Part shown: positions 36,886 to 50,430 of the stretch, piece by piece | Layout of the letters: the number at the start of each line of letters is the position of its first letter | Numbering within the stretch: the stretch's first letter is position 1 | Assembly: GCF_018350175.1 (NCBI RefSeq) | Contig: NC_058368.1 | Coordinates: 192,760,001-192,824,000 of the forward strand | Source of the DNA: Felis catus | Taxonomy: Eukaryota | Length of the DNA: 64,000 bases | Direction: 5' to 3' | The notes under the pieces: model-generated | Told to the model about the DNA's origin: nothing | Database searches by the model: none | What the model saw: only the letters and a program-made list of their open reading frames with translations | Program-made: the position numbers and the translations under genes

Positions 36886-37669
36886 GTCTCGAATAAAGAG
36901 GCCATAATCCTGCCTGCTCTGAGCTGCTCAGACCAAACCTGGGCTCTAGTATCCAAGTTGAACAGATTGATCATCAAAGGTCACAAAAACCTTAAGTATG
37001 GTCGCTAGCAAAAACAATCTGGTGGCTTTGAGGTTTGGTTTTGTTTTTGTTTCATCTTGTTTCTTAATTGCCAGTGCAGGGGTGGGGGGCAGGCAGGGAA
37101 GGGAGATTTCCTATTGTTCTATCAAGATTTTTTGGCTTCTCTTGAAAACTCAAAAGACATGTCAATGTTCAGGCTGAGTTCCCTCAGCTCCTCAGCGGGG
37201 AGTCACAAGAACTGCCCTGCTTAGGTGAGGCAAGCCTCTCCAGCTTGCCACAGTCCCTACCATTCCTTACTGCTTTTCATCTGGTTCCCATCTCTCATTT
37301 GTGTCGCTTGCCTGGCCGCAGCGAGTCTGCATATTGCCGCAATACACACTATTGTATAATATACGATGTACAGTGCTGCAATTAGAAACTGTGTGTTAGG
37401 AGGACTAGGAGATGAGAAGCCATGGGGAACACAGAAGGAGTTATCTTGTTCTCTGAGGTCCTGAGGCTAGAATGAGCGACAATGGCAGGGGGCTTCGCTC
37501 AAGGTAGAGAAGAAATTCCAAAAGTTGGATCGTGCTAGGATGAAACAGGACCAACTAGGAGGAAGATATTAGAGGAGGCCAGGAATAGGATGCTTGATAG
37601 TTCATCAGGATGTGAAAGAGGGGACTCAAGGCTGGATTGGAGCTAGTGCTTCTCAAAATGAAATCAGCA

Positions 37670-37841
37670 GGGGCGCCTGGGTGGCTCAGTCGGTTGAGCG
37701 TCCTACTCTTGATTTCAGCTCAGGTCATGATCTCATAGTTCGTGAGACTGAGCCCCACGTTGGGTTCTGTGCTGACAGTGTGGAGCCTAAATGGGATCCT
37801 CTCTCTCCCCGTCTCTCAAAAAAAAAAAAAAAAAAAAATTA
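37670..37841 (+). mobile_element. Short Can-SINE inside a MER5 element (about 37644-37982)
   Basis: SINE head and body with a shortened CT region and poly(A); flanks agtgcttctcaaa / ctaacaagctcccaggtgatgctgatgc. Confidence 0.88.
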
Positions 37842-39258
37842 ATGTGCAGTGCGATCACAGAGCAGGGGTGGGAGATCTTGTTAAACACAGATTCTGATGT
37901 GGGGACTGAGACTCTGCACATCTAACAAGCTCCCAGGTGATGCTGATGCAGGTGGCTCATGAAGGACACTGAGTAGCAAAGGCTAGGTGACCCTTAAAGG
38001 ACATTTCAAGAGTCTAAAATTCCACGGAGGGCTCTGTTTCCTCCATCTGTTCATCAAAGTCTTCCCTCGACATGGGAAATGCGGCACGGGATTGAATCGC
38101 ACAGTTGTGACCTCATGGAAGTAGGCTCCTTGAATCTTGTTCTCAGAATGAACAGTGAATTGCTGAACTGATAGGGTAGAGAGTTGAGGTTCCAAAATTC
38201 TGGGAGTTTCACACCCTCAGCTTCTACGACCTGCACTGCCCTTTGCTTTTATGATGTTTGGCCTTCTGGAATGCTCTGTGGACAGGATCTATGCTGTTCA
38301 GGTGGTCCCACTGGCCCTTCCATCTCCCTAAGCAAAGAGGACGTCAGAGCCTACAGACACAGGGAGTTCTGCACATCTAAGCACATAGTTATAGAGAGTC
38401 CTCAAATATCCAAGCTAAGCAGATACTCAGAATCAATTAGTCCACTCCTCCCCCATCTTACAGATGGGGAAGCTGAGGCCCAAAGAGGCCCAGCTACCCA
38501 ACCAAGGCCACATAAGCAGGCCAGATGATAAGAACCATGTTCTCTGACTCCCAGGCTAGTCTTCAGTGAAGAGAGTCCTTGTGTTGTGACCTTGGACAAG
38601 GTCCAGAAGCCACAAGCACCCTAATTTTCCCACCTGGAAAATGGAGACAGCACTACTGACCCAAAAGGTACATTCAGATGAAGTGAGAAATCATAAAAAC
38701 AGGATGCATCCCAAGAACTTCCAGAATTTTCACATAAATTGTGGATATCAACTCCTCTAGAATTTTAAGAATCTACTGTAAACTGACATATTCTCATCAG
38801 ATCACCTGGATACAGAACTCAAAAGTTTGCTAATAATTGCTTCACAATTAATAGGTCTGAGCTTTCAGTAGGAGAAAATTTAGGTTTCAATCCTAAAATC
38901 ACAGAGTTTTCAGTGCTCAGAGGGCTCTTTTAATCCTATTCACAAACCTGAACAAAAGTTGTGGTCAATTTCAAGTGGTTCAGGACTCTTTGAGGTCCAT
39001 CCATGGAAACCCCACAGACAGATCATCCAAACTATCACCAAACATTTATCAAGACCTACCCTGTGCCAGGCATTGGGGATACTGGCAGGACAACACAAAG
39101 CCTGTACAAGTGTTAATGGGGGCTTACAGCCCAATCAGTCTCTCTCAAAGGGTGGTTCTTGGGAGGCCTGGGACCTCATTATAGATGTAATTTCCTGGCC
39201 CTACCCTGAACCTATTATATCAAAGTACCTGGGGGTAGGGAGCCAAGATGTGTTTTTA

Positions 39259-39458
39259 TTTATTTAAATTTTTTTTTTTTTTTGAGAGAGAGAGAGAATG
39301 CACAGGTGGGGGAGAGGGGCAGAGGGAGACAGAGAGAGAATCTTGAGTAGGCACCACATCAGCACAGAGCCCAGTGCGGGGCTCAATCCCATGACCCTGG
39401 GATCACACAGCCGAAATCAAGAGTTGGACCTTCAACTGACTGAGCCACCTAGGCGCCC
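39259..39458 (-). mobile_element. Can-SINE inside a MER5-like element
   Basis: TSD atgtgttttta on both sides. Confidence 0.9.
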
Positions 39459-39619
39459 AATGTGTTTTTAAACACAATCCCCAAGTAATTCTGATTCACA
39501 ATAAAGCTGGAAAAACCACTTGTCTAAATGTAGCTGTCTCGATATGAAATCTGAGGCTAACAGAATAGAACAGATTTTCCCTAAATTCCTTGGCTTGCCA
39601 GCCCCAAAGCCCAAACCAG

Positions 39620-40020
39620 ATCTGGCTGTTCCCTCCCTGGGACAGACTGTGAGCCTCTTGAAGGCAGGGGCATCACCTGTTTTGGTTCATCAGTGTGCGT
39701 TCTTAGGCCAACACCTGGTCCATCTTAGGCCCTCAATAAATACCAGCTGAATGACTGAGGGCTGCTCATCAAAGGGGCAGGCTGCCTAGTTTAATGACTC
39801 AGAGCATTCCAGCTCCAGAGTTGGAAAAACCTAGGTTTCACTTCTGGGGTAGGTGGACCCCAATTTCCCTGACTGATAAATAGGGAAAACTAACAGAATA
39901 ACCATAACCTGTGGGTTGCTGGGGAGAATGAACTGAGCTAATCAATACAGAGCATCTAGCTCAGTGTCTGGCACGAAGTCAGGACTTCTCGGTAAAGGGG
40001 GCCTAGTAATACATTATTTT
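39620..40020 (+). mobile_element. L2 3' end followed by MIR
   Basis: agactgtgagcctcttgaaggcaggg...ctcaataaat; then ctccagagttggaaaaacctagg...agtgtctggcac. Confidence 0.65.
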
Positions 40021-41181
40021 TAGAGAAAGCTTATCACCCGGTGTTTATGATAGCCACGTCTGGAGGAACAGAAGAGGGCGGGAATCAAATAATAAAACCA
40101 TAAGCCCTGTAGACGCAACCTATGTAACACCTGAGCTGATGCAAGTGGCCACTGCTGATAACAGGATTTAGAGAGTCTCCTCATTCACAGGAGGGCATGT
40201 ACCCAGGTGGAAATTCTTCAGAAAAGAAGAAAGTTCCTAGTTAAGAGTGGCAATCTGCAATAGAAACAAATGTCACAGGACCCTTAGCAACAAGAAAGGC
40301 GTGGACAGCGCTTCTCAAAAGACAGCAATTCCTCCGCAATAGCAATCACTTAATATTATGCAAGCAAGCATGTCTGGATTTTCAATCCAGGGCCAACTGT
40401 GAATTTCTTTAATTCTACAGACTCGAACATTTGTCTGTGAAAGCTGTGACTGCTTCCCTTCAGCAACCATCTCTTGCCCTTGGTTTCCAGGGTCCTTTTG
40501 CCACAGGAATCAAAGGGGCTGGGAGGGAGCATGGAAAGAGAGGTGAGGGAGAGTCTGTGGAGGAGACTGGCAGAATTAACGTGGCAATCCCATTAAACAA
40601 TAAATGGGAAATGGATTTCGACTGGCTGCTCTAAATAACTGCTTCTGGTATCTGCGTGCTTTTACTTAACATTCCACAGAAAGAATCGATTAGTGTTCAA
40701 ACAGCCACACACTCACACACACAGACGGAATTTTAATCTTTTGTTGAATCACTATTTAGCGTGCCTGGCACCCTTCGGAGGGCAGAAAGAAAGATGGTGA
40801 AGCAAGCCAACTGTGTTCTGCCCAAGAAGAAAGATCTATCAAAGTGCACTCTAATCCCAACATTGCAGACTCTGCGACTCCCACTCAGAGGACTCTGGCA
40901 TCCCTTGTTCAGCTGGCGAGTGTCTTCAAAATACGGAAAACGGGTGATAACGCTCCAAAACAGCAATGCCCAAAGTCAAACCGGGAAGGTCATCTGCTGC
41001 AGCCAGGGTCTGAAGACATATTACAGACCAGATTCTGCTGCAAATTTAACATGGCTGCTCCCCCTGACCCTCCTTTCACCCAACCCTACAAAGGCACTGG
41101 AATGATTTTGCTTTGAGGTTTAAATGACTCTGTATAATTCCAAACGTTTGTTTATCTGCTAAGTAGATTATTCTAATAACC

Positions 41182-41183
<2 letters not shown>

Positions 41184-41234
<51 letters not shown>
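41184..41234. repeat. (CA)n microsatellite, about 25 units
   Basis: Direct read. Confidence 0.95.
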
Positions 41235-41237
<3 letters not shown>

Positions 41238-41409
41238 CATACAGCAAAGCATTCTCCTCAAGGTTGCCTGCAAGGTTATACTTCAAAGAGGGCTAGGTAT
41301 GGCTTGATTTACTGAAAGCATAAAGTTACTTTAAGCAAGGGAGTTTGGACAACTGGATAAATGTACTTCATTTATGAGTTTTGAGGACATAAGCTGGATT
41401 GTTTTTATT

Positions 41410-41970
41410 TATTCATTCATCCAACAAATAAGGATGACTCTGTTGGTAAATCGGGGACCTACTATGTCTAAAGAACTGTGGGGGAGACAAAGATAAATAA
41501 GATAGTCCCTGGACTCAACAAATAGCATGGGTATGTGACAAGTACATAAGAGGAAAAAACACACAATACTAATATAAGGGCGCTGAAAGTTGTACGGATA
41601 AATTCTATAGGTATTTACAAGAACCAAAGATTAAATTCTACCTGGGACAATCAGGCAAAGATTCCTACAGAAGCAGAGTCTATGAGAGTTGCCTGAAAGG
41701 ATGGGTAGGATTTTGACAGGCAGCAATGGGGGGGGTGGGGGTGGGATGGCTGTCAGAATCTAGTTGGAGGGAAAGCATGTACAAAGAAAGGGACTTCATG
41801 AAGTAAGGGACATGTTTACTTAACGGCAAAGAGCCTGACTCAGCTGGAGTGAGTAGAGTACAAAAGAGAGTCATGGGCCATGAGGCCAGGAAGTCTGAAC
41901 CGGACTCTGAGCACCTTACACTGGAGCTGTTCAGCAGGTGGGAGCCACAGAAGGTCTCTGAGCAAGGAGC
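41410..41970 (-). mobile_element. L2 fragment
   Basis: attcattcatccaacaaata...acctactatgt...; diverged. Confidence 0.6.
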
Positions 41971-42804
41971 AGGTGGGGGTAGAGCTCCAAGAATAAAATG
42001 TTACTACCTATCCACGTGCAATTCATCTCAGAATCCTCCTCTTCCTGGAGGATCTTGTTTTCATTCAGAGGAAAGGTTCCCTCTTTCTGGCCCAGGACCA
42101 CTCTCCTTCCGGCATTCCCTGGGTCAGACTTCTATAGGGCTGACCTTACCCCAACTGCTATCTGGTAGGCTGCTGTTCAGAGACAACCTACCTTTCACCA
42201 TAACCAGTACCAAGCTGTATGAGACAACCATTAAATGTAAAGGGCACTGTCTACAAGGGATGAAGACACTACAGCCCAGTGACCACGAGACTCCCTGAGT
42301 CTGCTGAGTGCAGGTCAGGTGCATCTGCTGTTCCACTCAGCAACTGTCCATTTTCCCAGCTCTGATAACTCCACAGTCTCGATGCCAGGATGTTGGAATC
42401 TGAAATCTAGAAGGGGCCCTATTTCCTAAGAGGGCAAGGTCATTCACAAACAGGAACCACCGTTTAAAAAGGCTGATTCTGTACTTTCAAAGGCAGATCC
42501 ACCTGTCCAATTCACCTTTTGTATAGATGGCTCTAGAAAAGGTCATTTGCTACTTAAGGTGTGAAAGCTCATTAAGAGACTTTTTCAAGCAGCAGAGAGA
42601 AAAATAGCCAAGATATTTGTAATGTCTATTATCTAAAGGGCAAATGGAATCTTTAGTAACTTCTTGCTTCCATTCTAAAAGAATGACATCAACTTGTACT
42701 ATTTTCTTCAGAGGAAGTTCCCAAATGTTTTATCACCTGGTGTGTGTGGGGGGGGGGGGGCACAATACTCTGATCCATAATTTTATAATGTTCATTTGAG
42801 TCTC

Positions 42805-43500
42805 TCACCCACCCATCCACCCACTTAAATGTTTAATGAGTAGGAGCACATGCTAGACTCTGTGCTATGTGTCCAGGATATTGGGGAGCAAGACAGACAA
42901 GGACCCTGCTCTTATAGAGCTACAGTATGGTGTGTGGCAGGGGGTACTATACACTTTAATCCAGAACCACAAATAAACTGGAACAGCTACAGTGGTGTGT
43001 GCATTAAAAAAAAAAAAAAAAAAAAAAAAAGTACATGGTGCAAAAAGGTTCCTTTCTTTCAGATCAGATCAGGAGGGTTTGATCCCATCAGCAAGGTTAG
43101 GGGAGGCTTCCCTGAAGAAACAGAGGGAGTATGATTAGGAGTTAATTCAACTGAAAGAGGAAAACAGAGCATTCCTGACGGAGGGAAAAGCAAGGCTGTG
43201 CAAAGGCCCTGTGGCAAGGCACAGATGAAACACAGGTGGGACTGAAAGAAAGCAGTGTGTGTGGCACACGGACGAGGAGGGAAAGGCTGATGGGGATGAG
43301 AGGTGGGCAGGTGTAAGGATTTTGTCTGTCCCGAGATTTTATATAATAGGAGGTGCCAAGATCAGGTTGCATTTGGCAGGCTGTGTTATAGCCCAGTGGA
43401 GAAGGGATTAGGAGACCAAGAAGGGTAGAACTAAGGGAGGAGGCTCTCACAGCGTATACGTATAGGCAGAGATGATGCCAGCATGGGCTAGGAAGACACA
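42805..43500 (-). mobile_element. L2 fragment
   Basis: gcaagacagacaaggaccctgc...agggaggcttccctgaagaa...tgcaaaggccctgtggc. Confidence 0.7.
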
Positions 43501-44779
43501 AGTGGGGATGCACACGGACAGATTTTTTTTTTTTTTTAACAGAGTCACAAGGGTCTATAGTCCGCAGGTCTATAGTCCAGAAATGCAGGCTGAGAACTCT
43601 GACACTTGGGTGATAAGTTTGTCTTTAAGGTCCATAAGCCCAAAGTCCTGTCGATGCAGGTGGGGTTGACCCGGGGTCTGAGCCCAGATCTCCCTTGGTC
43701 TAACCTGGTGTTTGCCCCATCACATGTTACTTTCAAGTTTGAATCCTGTTCATGGACAACCAGTCACAAAATCAGACCCTAACAGAACTGTATCATCTGC
43801 ATAGTAACCTTCAGGAATCGCACGACACGTGGTCAAAGAGAAAGAGAAACAAATCGTAACCGGGGAGGCTGGCGATCCTCCCGTCCCCAAGCTCAGTGGG
43901 CCAGTGCCATGGATGGTGTCCCTGGAGGCCTAGTTCTCTCTAGCCTCTGGCATGTGAGCACTTCAGCGCTGAGTGAGCCTTCTCTTGGAAGACAAGTGCT
44001 TTCACTACCTCAGAAGGCACTGCGATAACTTCAACTGAAGAAATCGTCATCGGTGTTATAGCCAGGGGAAAAAAAGTCCTGCCTAAACTGGACTTTTGAG
44101 AGGTGGTTTGTCATTATATTCCATGGGCAATTGTCAAGGGCCATTCTGATTTTATGTTATTTCCCCCTAAAGTGGTGAGTTTATTATAACCTAACCCTTT
44201 TGTAAGATGAGACTTTACTATATTATTATTGTCATTATAGCCACTTTGAAGATGACAAAACTGAGGCCTGGAGAGAAAATCAATAGGAAAGTGCTTTGCA
44301 AACTGCCAACCACCCCATGAGCGTAATCATCACAGCTAATGGTTCCTTCCACACACATCTGCCCACTCCCTCCCACGTCTCAGAACACAGTCCGTTCTCA
44401 GGAAAGAAAAACTCGCTGGAGGGAATCATACTTCTGTGCCTTGTTCACAAGGGGTCTTGCAAATCCCAGTCTAGCCAGTAAGTGATCAACCACAGGAAAG
44501 CCTCCAGAGTGTTCTCAGAGGCTCGGTGGAGGGAGCCCAACAGAGGGTCACTACCCTGCTCTGCAGAGCAGATGTGGATGTGTACGGAGGAAGGCGGGCA
44601 AAACGAGGAGCTGCATACAAGGCAATTTCTTAGCTTTCAGGGGTGGAAAAATGGTTGCAAACACATCTTATTGGTCTCCTGCTTGGGGAATGAGAACTGA
44701 GACACCAAGCAGTTCAGTTCTTGCTCTATTAATAGCACTAATTACAATCAGGATCCCCTATACTCTGAAGACAGCACAA

Positions 44780-45035
44780 CCAACTGTGTAACAGCACCTG
44801 CTTTGGAGTCAGAAACACCTAGGCTTGTGTCACAGTTCTGCTTCCTAGCTGTGTGACCTGAGGCAGGTTACATTGTTTTCCCCAAGCCTTGATTCCTCAA
44901 ACATGAAACGGGGGATATGAATAGTATCTGGCACACAGGTTCCTGTGAGGAATACATGAGCTACAGCCAGTAAAGGTCTTAGCAGAGTTTGGTATTTAGG
45001 AAGCACTAAAAATCAGAGCCACCATTATTAGTTAT
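44780..45035 (+). mobile_element. MIR
   Basis: gctttggagtcagaaacacct...ctagctgtgtgacct...gtgagga. Confidence 0.75.
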
Positions 45036-45410
45036 TATTTGGATAGTACTCTGCAATCGACAAAGCATCCTTACATACGCCATCCTATTTCTTCACCACA
45101 ATCACACCAGGATGAAGGCAGCATCATGAAGTTATCATAATGTTCTTCCTTGTGGATCCCAGACTCTGAGAATCCTCTCAGTATTGTGCTCCAAGTGGCC
45201 CTTAACAGTCAGCCGGCAATGACCAGAAGACAGGAGGTATCCGCCATGCCTGCCTTGAGCTGGAAGAGTGAATTCCCAAGAACGCCTGGTAAGGTGTGGG
45301 CCACTGGCTGACTTCTACCGTCTTAGAGCTTCAGGCTACTGACTGTTCACTGCTTGCAAAGGTCCCCAGGGCAGTGGGGAGGGGAAAGTGGGAAAAGCAG
45401 GTGACTGATG

Positions 45411-45461
45411 GCCCTCCCCGCCTCTAGTGCTGCCCTCCCCGCCTCTAGTGCTGCCCTCCCC
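45411..45461. repeat. 21-bp tandem duplication GCCCTCCCCGCCTCTAGTGCT x2 plus partial copy
   Basis: Direct read; the two full copies are identical. Confidence 0.92.
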
Positions 45462-46439
45462 TCACCCACAACTGCCAGGGTCTTCCCATGTGCCATGCCT
45501 CAGAGTCACAGAGTCTAGGTGCTGAATGGGAGCTGAGGTTCTTTCTGCTCTGTTGGCCCACTGGACCCAGTAACCCTCTCTTTGCCGTAACGCATGGATG
45601 GTCCCTGAGACTGGCTCGGGCACTTAGGGGAGTGTCTCCGCACAGATGGCTACAGTTATTAGAAAACTCCTTTGAGTACTTAGCTCCTTGGGCTCCTTCT
45701 TGGCCCCAAAGGAAAGTCTCTGATGGACTCTGATCCTGGCCTCGTCCATCTGCCATCTTGGAACCTCTAAACTCTTCTTCATTTCTCTTGGGCTGGGAAC
45801 CAAAAAGGGCTCTGAACCTCCTTGAGTGGTATCCCCACCACTTCCCCCGCCCCTACCTTGCTCTCACTCTGGCATTCTTGTTCTTACACACTGATCTCTT
45901 AAGACATACAGTGCCCCAGGCAGGATACATGAGGTGTAGACACAGCAGCGCACAGGATGGTGTTCTGAGAATACACCACTTTGCTATGCAAGTAGACACC
46001 CCTGTAGGAACAAATCCCAACTCTCAGGGGCGGGCCTTCCCTGACCTCCTTGACTACATCATAATCTCTAAGTGTGCCCTGATGGCATCCTTACTGCTCC
46101 TTTGTGATTTGCACATTCATTTGGGTGATTCTTTCATTATCGTCTGCCTCTCCTCAAACTGTGACCTCCATGAGGGTAGGAGATAGGAATTTTTGTTAAA
46201 TGAATGAACAAATGAGCAGAGACATCTTTTGTTTTCTTTTCTAGATAAAGGAAAGTCATCCACGATCACACATGTCTACTACAGTCCCAAGGGATTAATA
46301 CCATAAATGGGTTCTGAGGATTAACTTTATCCTCTTGACTGAAAGGTTTCAGGTCAACTTAATGGGTTCCAAAACTAAAGAGAGCTGCTTTGCCTGGATC
46401 CTAAAGTGATTTCTAAAACTTTATGTTCCCCAGGAGCTG

Positions 46440-46790
46440 TTCTCTTTTTTTCTGTCACAGTAATCGGAATTTTAGCTGGGAATATGACTTCTCAGCATGC
46501 AGATATTTCCCAGACATCCTTGCAGCTAGCTGTGGCCTGACTAGGTCCTACCAACGAGAGGCGAGTGCAGGTGTTGTGTGGCATTCCCCAGAACCCACCT
46601 GAAGAAACCTTCGTTCCTTCTGTGTTGCTGCCTAGAATGCAAGTGCCACCGGGATCATGAGATGGAGGGCCACTCCCTAGAGATGGTGAGGATACTGGTG
46701 GGAAGGAGCCCTAGATTCCTGAAGACTTCAGGGATTGGAGCTGTCACACCAGCCCTGGACTGCAAACCTCCAGACCTTCTTCTCTTGAGG
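46440..46790. mobile_element. Old MaLR LTR (MLT1J-like)
   Basis: atttcccagacatccttgcagctag...ccagccctggactgc..acctccagac. Confidence 0.65.
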
Positions 46791-47931
46791 CTTGAAAACC
46801 TGAGAGATCACTTGGTGTGAGACCGAAAACCCTGAAGGAGGATCCAAAAGACCTAGTTTTCAGACTTCTGGGTCTACACGTACGAAGAGTGGGGCAGTAG
46901 GCAGGTCCGTTGTCTTTCTAGATCTCTATTCTTTGAATATAGAATGGAGGTCAAAATATCTGCCCACAACATGATTATGTAAGAAATGCTAAGGAATCTA
47001 TAAAAAGGTAGAACTAGTGAGTTCGGCAATGTCACGGGACACGAGGTTAACAAATGAAAATCAAATTGCACTGCTAAATACCAACAATGAAACATTGGAA
47101 ATTCAAATAAAACATACCATCTACAACGGCATCAAAAACATGAAACACTTGAGGGATCAATCTCACAAAAATATGCAAGACCTAAATACCGAAAACTACG
47201 AAAGAAATCAAAGCTCTAAATAAATGGAGAGATACATCATATGTTTATAAATCAGAAGACTTGACGTTGTTAAGATGTCAATTCTCTACCTGTGGACTCA
47301 ATGCAATCTTTGTAGAAATTGATACGCAAGGGACATAGAAAAAGAGCAACAGTTGGAATGCTTAATATCCACTAATTTCAAGGCCTGCTCTGGGGCCACA
47401 GTGACCAAGGGAGTGTGGTACTTGAGTAAGGAAACACATGTGATCAATGGGAACTGCATGGAGAGTCTAGATGTATCATCAGTTGATTCTGAACAGAGGT
47501 GCTAAGGAAACTCCATGGAAAAGGATAATCTTTTCCACAAATGGTGTTGGAACAACTAGATATCCGTATGTCTACATATAAACCTCAATCCTTACCTCAC
47601 ACTATACACACAAATTCACTTGAGATGGATCATTGACTTAAACGTAAGAGCCAAAACTATAAAATTTGTACAAGGAAGTAAGTGAGCAAACTTTAGCAAC
47701 CTTAGTTTAGGGGACAGTCTCTTAAACAGGACACAAACAGCATAAAATATGCATAAATTGGAATTCATTATAATTAAAAGCCTTTGCTCTTTTAAGGGCA
47801 AGCCATGGACCAAGAGAATATATTTGCAACAATATATTTGATGAAGGACTTATATTCAGAATGCACATAGCATATGTTACAGCTCAACATCATTAGTCAT
47901 TAGGGAAATGCAAATCAAAACTACCATGAGA

Positions 47932-48434
47932 ATAGCCAAATCACGGAGAGAGCCCAAATGTCCATTAACTGATGAATGGATTAAGAAGATGCAATGTACA
48001 CATACACAATGGAAGACTACTCACTGATGAAAAAGAATGAAATCTTGCCATTTGCATCAACATGGATGGAACTGGAGGGTATTATACTAAGCAAAATAAG
48101 CCAGTCAAAGACAGATATCTGATTTCCCTCCTATGTGGAGTCTGAGAAAGTTAACAGATGATCATAGGGGAAGGGCATGAAAAATAAGATAAAAACAGAG
48201 AGGGAGGCAAACCACAAGAGACTCTTAAATACAGAGAACAAACTGAGGGCTGATGAGGGAGGGGCAGTGGGGGGTGAAGAAAACAGAGGATGGGCATTTG
48301 TTGGGTTGAGCACTGGGTGTTACATGTAAGTGATGAATCACTGGAATCTACTCCTGAAGCCAAGACTACACTGTATGCTAGCTGATTAGAGAATTACAAA
48401 ACAGGAAGACAAAGCAAACAAACAAAAAAAACCC
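47932..48434 (+). mobile_element. Nested carnivore L1 3' end
   Basis: TSD aactaccatgaga at 47919-47931 and 48435-48447; the host L1 sequence resumes afterwards. Confidence 0.9.
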
Positions 48435-48694
48435 AACTACCATGAGATACCATTTTACAGCTACCCAGACAGTGATAATTTTTAAAAATGGAAAATAACA
48501 AATGTTGGCAAGGATGTGGAGAAACTGGAACCCCTGTACAATTGGAGATTGTATGAGAGGATACAAAATCTCACAGCTACCATGGAAAGCAGTTTGGTGG
48601 TTTCTCAAAGGTTAATCATAGAAGTATCCAGATGACCCAGCAATTACACTCCTAGGTACGTATCCAAAAGCACTGAAAGCAAAGACTCACACAG

Positions 48695-48726
48695 TTGTTG
48701 TTGTTGTTTTTTAATGTTTATTTATT

Positions 48727-48786
<60 letters not shown>

Positions 48787-48949
48787 AGCGGAGGAGGGGC
48801 AGAGAGAGAGGGAGACACAGAATCCGAAGCAGGTTCCAGACTCTGAACTGTCAGTGCAGAGCCCGACACGGGGCTCGAACACGCTAACCGTGAGATCATG
48901 ACCTGAGCCAAAGTCAGACACTTAACCAACTGAGCCACCCAGGCGCCCC
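48695..48949 (-). mobile_element. Can-SINE with long (GA)n
   Basis: TSD ctcacacag/ctcacatag. Confidence 0.93.
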
Positions 48950-50430
48950 TCACATAGGTATTTTTATGCCAACATCCACTGCAGCATTATTCACATACCC
49001 AAAAAGTGGAAATGAGTCGACTGTTCCTTCATAGACAAAGGGATAAACAAAACACAGCACAGACACACAACAGAATATTTTTCAGCCATGAAAAATTTGA
49101 TATATGCTACAACGTGGATGGATCTTGAAAATATTATGCTTAATGAAATAAGGCAGATACAGATGGATGCATATTATATGATTCCACTTACCTGAGGTAT
49201 ATAGAATAGGGAAACTCATACACACAGAAAGCAGAATACAGGTTAACAGGGGGAAGAGGGGAGTTAGTGCTTAGAGGGAGTCATTATTGTTGGGGATGAT
49301 GAGAAATGTTTTGGGTACAGTGTTAATGGTTACACAACATTGTGATGTCTTTAATGCCACTGAAATATACTCCCACAAATGGTTAAAATGATAAATATTG
49401 TTACATACCTTTTACCACACTAAAAAGAGACACCTCCCTCCTTCTCCCTCATCTCCCACAGAAAGCTAATTCTTCCAATTTTCAACCCTTACATATTCTA
49501 ATGCCCCCCTGGAAATTTACAATGGATGTTAACATACTTAGGCTCTGTAAAGTGTCACAGAAAAGAGAGCTGCCTAGCTTTGTGTAATCCAACATTTCAC
49601 AAATTTATTTGATGAGAAGTTCCCCCACCCACCCACCCACCCAGCCTGCTCGCAAATGATTAGCATCCTGGGGAACTCAGGGACCTTGTTTTGAAACGCG
49701 ATGCTAATGACAGGGTTTATGAGGAAGAATACAACACGATTCCTCCCCTCTGCAATGTGCAGTCAGTTTTTTGGTTTTTGCTTTGAAGCACGTAGATGTG
49801 GAACAATGACGTGAAGATTTCAAGCTGACATACTGACATGGAAGGAGGGAAATAAAGTTTATGATAATATAAGATTCTCTAAAATAAAGCTTCAGTCACC
49901 TACTGAGGCATCTGTCATCTGTGTCTACTAACACATCCATTCATCCATCTATTCATCCATCTGATGAACATTAATTGTGCAACTACTATTTGTTGGCTCT
50001 GGGTTACATGCTCCAGAGACTATGATACATAAAAGACACAGTTTCTGTCTATGGTAGAGCCAGATTTGAGATCATTTCCTTCTAAAACAAAACTGCCCCT
50101 GAGATCTAAAAGAACAGCCATGAATTATTCTAGAATAACTGTTCTGGAAACAGCTCTGCAGAGGGCACTGAAGGATGAACATAACGTGGGCTGGTGAAGG
50201 CACCGCAAAAGCAGAGGTGGTAAGGTTGTCCAGGAATGTCCACACAGAAGACTACGGACTATTTTAAAAGCCTGGCTTCTTATAACTCTGGTTAATGGAT
50301 CACTTCACCTTTTCACAGTGGTTTCTCATATTTAACTTTCTCTGGTTAGCTGGAGAAACAAGGCATTTGAGGCTGGAAAAGAGGCTCTTGTTTCTCCTCA
50401 AGAGAATTCGGGCAGATTTCTCAGGGTGAC

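Larger units (their letters stand above)
46960..49428 (+). mobile_element. Older L1MA/MB 3' region hosting a younger L1 and a SINE
   Basis: A-rich ORF2-like sequence to a 3' end at ...ttttaccacactaaaa. Confidence 0.88.

Noticed and set aside
43552..43578. Short duplication GGTCTATAGTCC x2
   Set aside because: Ordinary slippage duplication with no further structure.
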